The position numbers and the translations under genes were made by a program. A stretch of 64,000 nt of DNA, taken from assembly GCF_018977255.1 (NCBI RefSeq), contig NW_024704743.1:42348001-42412000 (forward strand), in the 5' to 3' direction. This document shows positions 49,893-62,740 of the stretch, one piece after another. The notes under the pieces are model-generated. The model saw only the letters and a list, made by a program, of their open reading frames with translations, searched no databases and was not told the DNA's origin. The stretch's first letter is position 1; each line of letters opens with the position of its first letter. Source of the stretch: Callorhinchus milii. Its lineage: Eukaryota.

Positions 49893-51829
49893 TGAGAGCA
49901 AATTTAGTCAAAGAGCAAAGATATCCTTTTTTTCTCTTTACTCCTTGATTATTTTTGCACATCCTCCTGCTGATCCAGTAGCTTGGTTGAAACAATGATG
50001 GATAAACCTTCAGGTGAAGCCACTGAACTTAAATGATAGGCAGCCAGCCCACACTGAAGTGCACAAAACAAAATGCTTCAACAATCCATGCATATGAGGA
50101 GACTGTCCTCACCCTCACCTCTGCTGTAAGGCACTTTGCTGAACTAAGGACACAATTAGATTTAGTGCTCACCTGTTGCACTGGGTTGGCTCAGAGAGAC
50201 TGAAAGGAAAACTCAGCTCCACGAAGCATTTCTTGCCCCTGGTGGGAACCCTGATGGGATAAAGATAAACGCACTATGCGCTGATAGATTTGAGTTTTTT
50301 TGAGTTCAGATCAGTCGAGTCACTTAATGCATTCAGTTGCTACAGTCCGTACCGTTCACTTTAGACCATTCAAACTTCTTGAAAGCTTTTGATGTAATTT
50401 GTATGAGAATTTTTAGCAGAGTAGTTCTGCCTCCTGACACAACCTTTTAATTTTATTTTCATCCAAGAGAACATCTTCTCTCCTTGGTCCACACTTGAGA
50501 CATTACCTGTCGCTCTCTGCCTCTGTTTTCCTTTTCTTCCCACATAAGAGCTCCTCTTCACTCACCTCATGGATGCTTGTTGGAGATTGAAGTTGACAAG
50601 AGTCAAACATCGAGGTTCTTGCTGCATAGTGTGAATCCAAGCCTTGCAGATTTTATTTTGTTGTGCAGCATTTACAGTCACCAAATGTGGGTCTGGATTC
50701 TGAAAAGACACACTGACTGTAATCATGATGTGGTTATCAACTCAGAAAGGTCACTTTCCACTGCTCGATATCACACTGAATCATTGGATCATTGGGTGAC
50801 ATTCTTTGCATATAACTGTATATCGTGAGCATAGGATTGCAGACTGACACTAGTTTGTACATTTTATATGGCATATGCGGTCTTGTGGACAGAATTTATC
50901 CAAACCCCCAGTGCAGACTGGAAATTAAACCCTCATGTTTGTGATATATTGAAATGCTGTAAACCCTCAGTCGCGGCTTATCAGTACGTTAACCTTTTCA
51001 AATATTCATTTTCCGTCAATTGATGTATTTTTATATTAATAAATGCAGGCTATCAAGGTCTAAGTCCGATATTCACGAAGCGCACTGTTGCCTCCACCGC
51101 AACGTCTGGTTGGCAAGTTCCTGCTTGTGCAGTATAGTAGTGAAATTCACAGCTGACAAATCGCAAATCCCAAGGCAGCAGGGTGTAAAAGTCACAACCC
51201 GAGGTGGCAAATAACAGATCGAAACTGAATATCGCTAGTTAGACTGCTTATTCAATGGCATTACACTGTAACTAACATAAGATTATAGTTTCATCCATTG
51301 TTCTGAAGGTTAAATGTTCCTCGGCCAAATTCATCAAAAAAAACAGATTAATTTGGACATTCATTTCACTGCTGATGCAGATTAGCTGCTGTGAGGAGCT
51401 GCGGCTCTCTGAGTCTCAGATCATAGTAGCAACTCTCCACCTGCTCCCCTGGTATCGGCTGGATAAAATTGTCAAAGCTTTGGCTTTTTATTCATACAAG
51501 TCATCACTGCTACCAGGGTAACAAGAGGTAGCTCCATCACTGACTCATGATTCTGGCCTCAGTGACAGTAATCTGTGGTGGGGGGCATGGTGAACCTTCC
51601 ACCAAAATGAAGCAATTTTTAGATTTTTTTTCTCTGCTAGGGACTTTGACCCTGTCATGTGCGCAAAGTTCATGGATACGACACATTCTGAAAATTAATT
51701 AGCAGTGACTTGATTTATACACACTAATTCAATTCAGCAAATAATTATTAGCAGAAGGGGTTAGGAGCTGTCTGTGTCTGCTGATGCCTGACCTTTCCGA
51801 CCACATCCTCTTCTCTCTAAGACAAACTC

Positions 51830-51940
51830 TACAAAATACAGTCACTGCACCTTACATTAAAAATCCTGTGAAGCACTTTGTGGTGTCCTTCCAATGTGAA
51901 AGGGACCATATCAAATGTAAGGATTATTATTACTATTAAT
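51830..51940 (+). mobile_element. SINE/L2-type 3' tail fragment
   Basis: GTGAAGCACTTTG...ATATCAAATGTAAGGATTATT. Confidence 0.7.
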
Positions 51941-53997
51941 GATGGAGTGAGCAAATTATACACAGTATTGCTGGTTGTCTTGTCTACTCCCTTTTCCAGG
52001 TCTTCATGGCTGTGACGGCCTATATTGAACCCATTTGCCTACATAACAGACACGATCCTTTACAATACACATTTACATTTATATGGCATCTTTCATGTCT
52101 GGAGGACGTCCCAAGGCCCTGACTTTAAAAAGTAACTCATTGTGTAAAATGCCTTGGGATGTTTCACTGTGATAAGGCTCTGTATCAAAAGCAGCTTCTA
52201 TTAAGTGTTATTTTCCATGTGGCTTGTTTTGTGGATGAATCCTTTTGCTTTGCCATCACGAGAAAAAGCTTCAGTGGAAAGCTAGAGTGGTGAAAGTATT
52301 ACACAGCGAGAGCAAGCAATTGTATTTTGGTCACATCCATTAGGCTGAGACTTTGTCTGAGACCAATATTTACTGTAGTTTCATTCACCTACATCTTTGT
52401 GACATCCACTAACCAGTTTCTCAGCACAGGCCCAGCGATAGGAACACATTTTAAGAAATAATTCCAGACATTTTCTGGTACTTGAAGCTTTGTAAAGTGG
52501 TTGAAATTTGCAAGCAAATGGAATGGTGTGTAATTTAGCCCATCAGAATTTCTGTTGAAATGATCGAAGGATGAAAATATAAGGATTGCAAATATGAATT
52601 TCGATCTGTGATCGACACTTGTAGCTTGCTGTGCAGGGTTTAATACATCGCTGATTCCTGCAATTACAGTACAGAAAAGACTGGTTACACCTGCTTCCTA
52701 CCCTGAAATAGATCAAAAAGGTCACCTAGACACATGTCCTGGAATTATTCTGCATGGTTATTAGCAGTTTGGCACTTTGCTAATTGGCATTTCACACGGA
52801 CTCGCCCTTGTGTCACATGATGGATTTCTTGGCATGTCTTAGAAAGCAGTTTACAACTGAGAAAAAGATGCCCTGTTCTTTTGTAAAGGCACGTTGCCTG
52901 TAAGAGTGTGTTCACATACACAGCGTAGGAATCATTCAAGGCTCTGTTTCAAAGGCAGATGTCTCCCTCTTGTGGTGAGACCTATTTTCTTCCTTTAACA
53001 GCAGATCCATGTTGTCTTGCTTTCATATCAATTTCAAAACCCTTTTTTTAAAAAGAAGCTTTGGCACGTTTTCAAAAATAGGCAGAAATGAAAAACAAGT
53101 GAGCTTGAATTGCAATAGTATTTTTTTTCAGCCAGACAACGCGGTGGATAAAATACAGAGCACAAAAACAAATAGCATGAGTGTGCTGTCGTTTATTGAA
53201 GTCCGCTCAGAAGGTCAAGAGTTGGATTGTACAGAGCTGGTTTCTTGTGCGAAGCAGCAAGCACTAGCTTCACAGGTTGGTCTCAGTGTAAACCACAGCA
53301 TCGTTGACCTGCAGCCGCCTTCAGTATGCTAACAGCATCCCATTAACAGCACACTGATATACCAAGATCTTTAATTTTCACTCCACAAGGACCAGAGTTT
53401 TACAAGGTGGGGGAGATGAGGTGGGGACAAACATTCAACCAGTTTCATTTCACAATCTTGCACAGGTTGATTCGCAAGAGGCAATTATTATTATCTTAGT
53501 GTTTCAATATTCGTGTTCCAAAACCACATATGGAATAACAAACTTTTAAAAAAAAATGTTTATCAGAACACAGCCCTATTCTTTTCTTGGATATCAGGAT
53601 TAGACAAGCACTTTGTACCATGGGTTTCTTATGCTTCCAGTGTTTTCACTCCCTTTTTTCCCCCCTCTCGTCTAATGTTTTTTTTCTCCCCTTCAGCTCG
53701 GATATAGTTTACAGGTGCTGATCGATGTCTGATTTCTCATCCAAGTGGATGAACACTCAAATGCACGTTTTTGAGTTTTGATAGTGTCTCCTGGCAGGCT
53801 ATTTGATTGAATCCTATGCTGCCCAACACACACACCCCACACACAAACACACGCACAACAGCAGGAAACATGATTGATTTTTTTCTCTCTAGCTCGGAGG
53901 TGATGATGCCAAATGGAGCTGCCCCAATTATTATCAAGTTGAAACCAGCTAACTTAGCACACTCTGAGATCCAATTTGGGTTGCATAGCCCTGTATT

Positions 53998-54131
53998 ACA
54001 ACAACAACTTGCATTTATATAGCGGCCTCCACGCCAGACGCCCTACACTGAACCTTAGGAGAATTGAAGCACTTTGAGACGTCTAGAAGATGTGAAAAGT
54101 GCTATATCAAATGCAAGGATTATTATTATAT
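53998..54131. mobile_element. Back-to-back L2 tail (-) and SINE tail (+)
   Basis: (CAA)n CTTGCATTTATATAGC, then GAAGCACTTTGAGACG...ATCAAATGCAAGGATT. Confidence 0.75.
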
Positions 54132-54769
54132 AATCAGCTGCCCTTGAGCTTAATGGTTGTGGTGATTTTGGAAGTGATTGTTTAATGTATTTAAACACAG
54201 ATACAAACCTAACTCCATTTCCCCATTCATTTCAGTTCCAAGTGGTTCTGCAATATATTTCCCCCAATTTTTTTGGCACAGTCCAACCAATATTATTTCT
54301 GTCACTCTTCTTCTTTCTCTTGCCCTACGACAGGATAGGAATGCCCCTGTTGGCTGAGAAATTACAAATTTCAACTCCATAAACTTGTGAGTGATTCACA
54401 GGGAAGCTATCAATGCAATTATGAGAAACACTGATCTGGGCAGATGAATCTTACTTTAAAATGATCTACGCCAGTTCTTCACTTCTAAAATGCCAAGACC
54501 TCAGGTACACATTATTGTTAATGACTGCTTAATAGTAGATACATTGTAAAACGCCTTCTGTATAGGACGCCCCAGGAGCAATAGTTTTAATTTGTTGGAG
54601 ACCTGGAATCGAAATAAACTCTTAATAGACATTTGTGCTCAAGTTTCTCCTTTGGGGCTGAGTTTCCAAATCTTCCTTCACTTGATGGCAGGGGTTGAAA
54701 AAGGAAAAACTAGTGCAGGTTTTTCCACTGTAATTATTTATTAAAATAGATTAAGAAATTAGCAAACGA

Positions 54770-55070
54770 TCAAAGATACTTTATATCACAGAAGAAGGCC
54801 ATTCTATCTAAACGTCTGCCTTGGCACTAGATCCCTCCTGGCACGATCTATATTAATTCCATTCCCTTTTGATATTTCTCCTCATATTTATTCTTATCTC
54901 ATTTTAATGGTGTTAAATGACTTCATCGGTGATTTGTGGTGCATATTTCATATTCTTACAACCAATCGGTCTTTCTTTTGGTGATGGTCCTCAATTTATG
55001 CCATAATGTTATTAATTTATTGATCAGTGAAAATCGTCTAGCTCTATTTGCTTTATCAAAGTTATTCTGG
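54770..55070 (-). mobile_element. Old CR1 3' fragment
   Basis: AGAAGGCCATTC terminal motif in reverse orientation. Confidence 0.6.
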
Positions 55071-55372
55071 TCAATAATGCCCCAGATAAAATGGGTCATT
55101 CACCATTTGATTGTGGGACATTGCTGTGCACAAGTTTGCTGCCGAGTTTGCCTCCAAAATACACTGTCATGACACTTCACAGTAAATCCTGAGGCATCCT
55201 TCTGAAAGGCATTATATCAAATAAGGATTCTTCACAATTTTGGAAACATATTAATGGGGGATAAAAACTTGTGATATAATAACTGTCACCAGTGCTAATT
55301 ATTACGTCACAATTTGGATCCACACGCATACACACACTAACTACATAACTAGATACATATAGTATTGAGGCT

Positions 55373-55686
55373 TATAATAATAATGCATTTGATATAGCGC
55401 TTTTCATGTCTTCTAGATGTCTCAAAATGCTTCACAGTATATACTGTAAAAAGTGAATTGATTGTATATTTGTGGGCGAAATGCGGCAGTCAATTGTGCA
55501 CAGCAGTGTCCCACAAACAGTCGTGGATTGAAGTGACCAATTTTATTAGTTTGTTTTTCTTGAGGGATTATTATAAAACATATGGAGGGAGTAAGGAAAC
55601 TTGGCAAAGGTTTCGCCCTGCCGGGAATCGTACTCTGGTCTCTTGCTTGCGAGACAAGTGCTCTAACCACTGAGCTACAGGACTCC
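55373..55686 (-). mobile_element. SINE family A with internal deletion
   Basis: Head GGAGTCCTGTAGCTCAGTGG and tail present; central ~60 bp missing. Confidence 0.92.
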
Positions 55687-56349
55687 ACAGGTACTGATTA
55701 TAGAAAGTGGCAGTCTTTTCCACACTCGTTTTCAGTGTGAGATCTCCAATAAACAAATAAACAAAGACTGCTTTATTTTTAGAACCCGGCACATGCTGGA
55801 GCCCACTGACTGCTAATTCCCAGGAATCAAGTACTGATAATTACTTGATAAACTGGCAGTGATTAAGTCTCAGTTCATCCTCTTCCATGTGGATATTGCC
55901 TTACATTAGCTACTTGGATTATTTTGCCTCATGATGCCCATCACAGCCCTGACTGCCAGCAGGGAGAGAGCAAGAGAGACTAAAGTGAAATGAAACTGCA
56001 CCAAATAGTTCACAGACAGATGCATAAAAGTGACTGCAAGAGAGTAATCGCACATCAGGGGTCAAATGCTGCTCTGAACCCATTGATGGGATCAGCATGT
56101 TGTAATCACTCTTGGGTATCTATTATTCTTTGTTTAATTATTGCAAGCAATGTTTGACTACATTGGGGTCATGTTACATTAGCAACAAAATAATCTGCCT
56201 GGTGCTCTGTGAAAGAGTACATCACAAGGATACAATTGTTACCAGTTTACAATTGTCAGAAAACCAAGGAGAAAATCAGTGAGGTATTGGATGTGGAGCC
56301 ATCGTGCCAGACTGTTTTGGCACTCCAGCAATAATGAATTGTACATGCT

Positions 56350-56455
56350 AAAAATAATAATCCTTATATTTGATATAGAGCCTTATCACGTTGTCGAGAC
56401 ATCTCAAAAGCGACTGTAAAGTAAATTGACTGTATATTTTGTGGGTGAAACGCCC
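56350..56455 (-). mobile_element. SINE family A tail fragment
   Basis: Matches family A. Confidence 0.8.
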
Positions 56456-56809
56456 GCAAAATATATATCAAATATATTTTGCTACTGTATAAAGCAGCTC
56501 ACAATACAACTGAGTGTTAAGCAAATGTAGCTGTCAGGCATCGAATTCAAAACAAACTACAACATCCATTTATATAGCGCCATTCCTCCACGGTAGCATC
56601 TTAGAACGACGAATGATGACTGATAGATGAAACATTTTGTAAAGGCAATTTGGAGATGAACCACTGTAACTGTGTGGACTCGGTGAGAAATATTCAGTCT
56701 CGCAATATGAAAGCGTGAACTAAACGAATGATGATAATATCAACGCTATCTACATCACTCAGACGACCTTTCACGATGTGTGAAAGAAACATGTAAATAA
56801 GCACCAAAG

Positions 56810-57240
56810 AACTTTAGAAATTTACCATGCAGAAAAAGGCCATTTGGCCCGCCCCAAAAAATTGGTCACTTCAATCCATGACTGTTTGTGGGACACTGCT
56901 GTGTGCAATTGGCTGCTGCATTTCGCCCACAAAATATTCAGTCAATTCACTTGACAGTATATTCTGTGAAGCCCTTTGATATGTCTTGAAGATATGATAA
57001 GACATCATATCAAATGCAAGGATTATTATTATTTTGTCAACGCTGTCTCACTGAAAGAATCATTGTTTAATTTCTTCCCCTGCATTTTGCCCATCTTTGT
57101 TCACATTTCTCCTTTTCAGATATTTATCTTATTCTCTCTTAAAAATGAATTGGGATTTTGCCTCATTCTAGGTAAGACATTCTATGACCTGACAACCCCC
57201 TGTGTATAAAGCCACTTCTAACCTGCGCTTCTTGTGAATC
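56810..57240 (-). mobile_element. CR1 3' end interrupted by a family A SINE
   Basis: GAAAAAGGCCATTTGGCCC terminus, continuing after 57035. Confidence 0.65.
56855..57035 (+). mobile_element. SINE family A, 3' half
   Basis: Matches family A. Confidence 0.9.
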
Positions 57241-57282
57241 TCTGCTGTACCCTCCCTATGGGATTGATGTCTATGATAAGGG

Positions 57283-58345
57283 TTAGCAGGTAGGAGGGGG
57301 CAAGGCCGTGGAGGGCCTTGAAGGTGAGGATGAGAATTTGGAACTCGATCTCTGAGGGATGGGGATCCAGGGGAGCCGGGCGAGGGTGGGTGTCATATGG
57401 TCACAGAGCCTGGTGCGGGAGAGGACACGAGTTGCAGAGTTCTGGATGATCTGCAGCTTGTGCAGGGAAACGTTGGGGAGGCTGACAAGCAGGGTGTTTA
57501 CATAGTCAAGCTTGGTTGTAATGAAGGCATGTATGAGGGTTTTGTGGCCTGAGGGTGAGGCAGTGGCAGAGTTGGGCAATGTTGTGGAGGTGGGGGAAGG
57601 CAGAGCGGGTCATGGCACAGATGTGGGAGGGAAAGGACAGTTGAGGGTCAAACAAGATGCCTAGGTTCCTGACTGGCTTAGTGAGGTAAAGTGTGCATCC
57701 ATGGATGCTAATGCTGCCAGTGTCTGAGGTGCAGAGGTGCAGAGGTGCGAGCCAATTAGGAGATCCTCGGTCTTGATGATTAATGTTCAATTGTAGAAAG
57801 TTAGATCTCATCCAGGACTTGATCTCTGACAGACATTCTGTCAAGGACAGCAGTGGTCCTGGAGTCGAGGATGGAGGCAGAGAGATACAGTTGTGTGTCA
57901 TCAGCATACATGTGGAAGCTGACCCCATGTCTGTGGATGATGTCAACAAGAGGGAGCATATATAGGCTGAAGAGGAGAGGACTGAGGACAGAATCCTGAG
58001 TAACACTGCACAAGACGGTGCTGGGGGTGGAGGAGAAGCCATTTGTGGAGACAAAGTGGAGCTGGTTTAAGAGATAGGAGCTGAACCATTCAAGGACAAA
58101 ATCTTGAAAGTTAAGGTGAGAGGAGAGGCGGTGGAAGAGGATAGGGTGGCCTACAGTGTCAAAGGCAGCAGAGAGGTTGAGGGGACAGAGAGAGAGCCCT
58201 GGTCACAGATGGATAGAATGTCATTTGTCACCTTCTGTGCTGTGGGCAGCACCGAAACCGGATTGGAGGGGTTCGTAAACAGAGTGGCAGGAGAGGAAGG
58301 AGTGAAGCTGGAACTTGGAAAGTAAGGGGAGGTTGGAGATGGGGC
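57283..58345 (-). mobile_element. L2 LINE internal fragment with RT domain, frameshifted and deleted
   Basis: QDSVLSPLLFSLYMLPL...FHMYADDTQLY, WMRSNFLQLN, VRNLGILFD, AFITTKLDY. Confidence 0.95.
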
Positions 58346-58717
58346 AGGTGGATTCCAGCAGGTGGATGTTTAGGTCTTGTGTCCTTTTTTTGTGATTTGA
58401 AATTTCCTTTGCCAGGACTGAAGGAGCAGATCAGATAGGATAGGGATTTTAAATTCCCATCAGCAGTGATATTGCAAACAATTTTTTCTGGTACCTGCTG
58501 AGGTGTTTTATTGGAGCTGCTTCCCAGTATGCTAATGGCACATTTCCACCAAACCTGGATTACAATTGGGAATAAGGTACAGCACACAGCAACTTGGCAA
58601 GTACCAGCAATACTGAGAGTACAGAAGTCAGATGGTGATTCACGCTGCAGAGCTGGGAGTCCAGTAAGCACTCTGCTGCTGTACGTGCTGGGCAACTGCT
58701 TATTTTCAGCCTTGGAA

Positions 58718-59018
58718 GAGTCCTGTAGCTCAGTGGTTAGAGCACTCGCTTTCCAAGCGAGACACGTGGGTTCAATTCCAGGCAGGGCGAAACCTTGGGC
58801 AAGTTTCCTTACTCCACACGCCTAATAATAATCCCTCCAAAACCAAAAACAATAATAAATTGGTCATTTTCAAATCTACGACTGTTTGTGGGACATTGCT
58901 GTGCGCAATTGGCTGCCGCGTTCACCCACAAATATACAGTCAATTCACTTTACAGTGTGTTCTGTGAAGCGCTTTGGGACGTCCTCCCGACGTGAAAAGC
59001 GCTATATCAAATGCAAGG

Positions 59019-59059
<41 letters not shown>
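58718..59059 (+). mobile_element. SINE family A with internal deletion and long (ATT)n tail
   Basis: Intact A-box; 3' end carries L2-type GGGACGTCCTCCCGACGTGAAA. Confidence 0.93.
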
Positions 59060-59060
<1 letters not shown>

Positions 59061-59097
59061 AGAGGCTCCAAACAAAATGGACCCAGATTTAGCACAA

Positions 59098-59455
59098 TTT
59101 ATAGAATCGTAGACCTTCACAGCACCGAAGGAGGCTATTTGTCCCACTGAGTCTGCACCAGCTCTCAGAGCAAGCTGTTCATTCCATCTCACTGCCTCGC
59201 CTTATCCCCATACCCCTTCAAACCTCTATCTTTCATATGTACTATTCCCTCTTGAAACACTCAATGGACTCTCCCTTTTCCACCTTGCTTGGCAAGGCAC
59301 TCCACATCCCACTAATTCTGTATGAGAAAAATCTTCTAGCCTCTCCTTTCACTCTTCTTATATCTCTGTCCTCTAGTTAGTGACTCCTATCAGTGGAAAT
59401 AGCACTATTTACCTTGTCAAAACACCTTATAATTTTGTACACCTCTATCAGCCAT
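59098..59455 (-). mobile_element. CR1 3' fragment
   Basis: LIEVYKIIRCFDKV; CR1 3'UTR. Confidence 0.85.
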
Positions 59456-59789
59456 TGTATATTTCTGCGATCCCACAGCTCCCAACTCTTGCTAACACTC
59501 TGTGAAGGCTTGATATGCAAGTGCTGAGGTGCAATGATTTTTCTTCCTTTTTCCCCAGTGAGTCGGCAACAGGAGGCGAGAGTCTTACGAACATTTCTCT
59601 GCTGCAAAGCTGTTAGCCGCTAACATAATTCCCTGGCTGTTAAATATACCTTCCACACCCTTTCATGATGCATAAAATCTGTATTATAGGTAATGTGCTG
59701 CACACTAGGAAGGGAATGCTGAGCAGAGCCTACAGAGCACTTCAAACTACTTTCACAAACAAGAGGACAGTAGCTGCTCCAGGGGAGCG

Positions 59790-60045
59790 GCAGGCTAATT
59801 CAGTGAGCAGTTGGCCCATGGACATAGGGTATTTTATGGTCTGTGCTGAATTTCCTGATTTCAGGTGTTTGAGTAATATGGTCCCTGTAATTGATCTCTC
59901 TCCCTCATATATCATGAGGGAATCAGCCAGGATTCTGATTCCCCTACAGAATCAGAATGTATAGATGCTGAGTGAGAAAAGGATGAAGTACAGCTGCAAA
60001 GGCTCACCTACCATGTGGTCCACTAACCTGCTGACACAATCACTG
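59790..60045 (+). mobile_element. AmnSINE2-like ancient SINE
   Basis: GGTCTGTGCTGAATTTCCTGATTTCAG...AATCAGCCAGG...CCTGCTGACAC resembles the recalled consensus. Confidence 0.5.
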
Positions 60046-60261
60046 GCAATTTTACCGAGTCTTTGCCTGTTTTGTCTTAAAATTTAAGTTTGTGCAGAAT
60101 TGTAGAAAATGCTCAAATTCAGTCTTAATTTGGAAATCAATTCTTTACAAAAAATACAGGCTTCTGAATTAAGATCGAATTGAAAGATTTTTCACAATTC
60201 GGCACAATCTGAGTTACCAAGACAAAATGGTCTTACACATTAAGTCTAGGTGAAAGTTTGC
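60045..60261. mobile_element. Decayed palindromic MITE-like element
   Basis: Arms about 75% complementary over 40 bp, plus TTTTGTCTT/AAGACAAAA pairing further out. Confidence 0.6.
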
Positions 60262-60424
60262 ACTTCGCTGGTCAAGCCTGGAACATATCTCAGTAGATGA
60301 TGGAAAAAATAAGTCATAATATTTTTAGCAGACGACGGGAAAAGGGAAATTGATGGGAAGTCCCTAAGAGGGTAAAGCTTCTGGGCGCATGCAGCAAACA
60401 CCGATCCACAGCTATTTCATCTCT

Positions 60425-60778
60425 ATAATAATAATAATCCTTGCATTTGATATAGTGCTTTTCACATCCTCTAGATGTCTTAAAGTGCTTCAAAGAATAT
60501 ACTGGAAAGTGAATATTTTGTGGGCGAAACACTCACAGCAGTGTCCCACAAACAGCCTTGGATTGAGTGGCCAAATTATTATTTTTATTTTTTGAAGGTA
60601 TTATTACCTCCAGAAAGTGATCCATCAAGTGACTAACAACCAGGTTCCTACTTACTGTTAGTTAAACAGAGGCATGTGGAGTAAAGAAACTTGCCTCAAA
60701 TTTCTCTCCGCCTGGGAATCGAACCCAGGTCCTCTCGCTCGCGAGGCAAATGCTCTAACCAATATGCTACAGGACTCC
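60425..60778 (-). mobile_element. SINE family A, full length
   Basis: Intact B-box GGTTCGATTCC, body, tail. Confidence 0.93.
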
Positions 60779-61264
60779 AATTTTTAGGAATGAATGAGAA
60801 AGATTTGGGGAAAACATATGGGTAGAATGCTTTTGACAATTTTTATTTTTCAATTTCTTCAAAGATTTTGTAACTGATCTATTATCCTCCTGTTTATCAG
60901 GTACCAAACAACACTGATGGTACTCAGGGTCGTGACCTATCTTTCAATTAGAGCGTGATTGTAGAGGTATATTTAAGCATTACTTTTTTCGGAAGAATCA
61001 TCCACCTAGCATCAGTTGTGAGAGCAGTCAGTTTGAGATAGATGGAGCTTGAGATTGTTTGAGGCTATCTTTTCTAATCAGTACTCAGCACGGAGCAAAC
61101 TGCGGTCATCTGCTATACCATTGTTCATCACTGGCTTACACTCTACCAGTAGTGGTGCTAATAAATCTTAACCAAAAGGACTTCACTCTAGGCTCAATGC
61201 TTCAATTCCTTATACTCCTGCTCAGGCGGTCAGCATGTGGTGCATGCACTTTCTTCTCATTGTA

Positions 61265-62100
61265 GAGCCCCACTACGCGGCAACAAATGTGCTGGGTTTC
61301 TACCTGTACCCGGTGCTAAGAATGGTGGGTCTGGCAGAACTGCCTCAAAACGTTCCACACAGTTGGAGCCGACCCATCTATCCATGTTGAGAAATTTCTG
61401 AAGAACACCATCCCAGACCCCCGTGCAATCACCGAGTGGTCCTAGCGGCTGGTAGTCGAAACAGTTTGAAAGAGGGAGAGGGCAGACCCGATCGGTAGAT
61501 AGCCTGCGGCCCTGAACAATAACTATCAGGACATGGCCTGTCCGCCGATTAAAGGGACCCTCTCACTCAGGGCCTTCATGCACGGTTGAGGTCTGGGCCA
61601 GGCAGCACGTTGCCCTCGGGCCGGCTGCAGAGGCCAGGAGACAGGGACCACCTCTTCCTGAAGAGTTATTTGGCAAAGGCTGTTTGGAAAAAGATGGAAT
61701 AGATTCTCTCGCAGTTCGTCCCTGGGACCCGCTGTCACGGCACTCGGTACTGTACGGCCTGTTGCCGGGCGCTCACAGCGAAACCCACAACGAGTGTGCC
61801 TGGAGGATCATAAACTTGGTAAAGGAGGCCCTTTGGCATTCCCAAAACCAGGTGTTCTTCTGGGAGAACAAGAGGACGGTGAGGGCATGCCTCAGGCTCA
61901 CACACACTAGGGCCTGGGATTAGATACTGAGGAACAAGCTGGAGTTCAGCTCAACCACAGCAAAGGCCAGATGGGGCCTGACCCCGGCAGGAGCCGCTCC
62001 GGCACAACCTGCTCAGGGAGCACCCACCGGTTAGCCCACGAGGCACCCAAAACTGACTGAAGTAAGGATACAGAAGGACGCTCAAGATGTAACCAAAGAG
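61265..62100 (+). mobile_element. Tx1-like (L1 clade) LINE, ORF2 C-terminus, degraded
   Basis: ARCPRAGCRGQETxxHL zinc-knuckle remnant and WRIINLVKEALW motif; GC-rich; stops and frameshifts. Confidence 0.75.
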
Positions 62101-62279
62101 CGTCCCAAAAATGGATGTACAGTAAACATGTGCACGTACGGTACACACCGGGTGCCTTCCCAAAGCAGCAAGTGTACACATTACATACGTACACACTTCC
62201 TCTGCATATGGAAGTGTACACATTAAAAGCCAATTCGCTCTCTAGCAAGATCCTTAACAATGGGGTCACTCAGGATCTA

Positions 62280-62740
62280 GCTATAGAGGTGTCCACAGTT
62301 AATATCAGGCCATATATAGAGGTATTGTTAATGTTAGGATATATATAGAGATGATCACTGCTAATATCAGGTTATATATAGATGTACTAACTATTAATAT
62401 AACTATGATTAGAAGCTCCCTAGCAGGACAAGCACCAAGCAGCTTGCCTGGCAGTGCTCTCTATGACAAGCTACATGATATTAGATGGTCAAACTCCAGC
62501 AGCACCCCATTGAACACTTGAGGGTCTCAAATAGGAATTACAATCCTGGGAATACTGATTCGGTGCTTTGACATGTTTTGATGGCATGATAAGGCACTAT
62601 ATCATATGTAAAGATTGTTGTTATATAGTTATTATTAACATTAAGCTATATATAGGTGGCACTGTTAATATTGGGCTGTGCATCGATGCTTGATGCTATT
62701 ACCAGGATATACAAAGATCCTTATTGCTATTCAGCTGCTC
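62280..62740. repeat. About 33-bp degenerate minisatellite split by a ~210 bp insertion
   Basis: ATATAGAGGTG..ACTGTTAATAT units at 62280-62405 and 62620-62740. Confidence 0.7.

Noticed and set aside
57283..58054. Active reverse transcriptase gene
   Set aside because: YADD is present but the frame is split into three or more pieces with deletions: a dead L2
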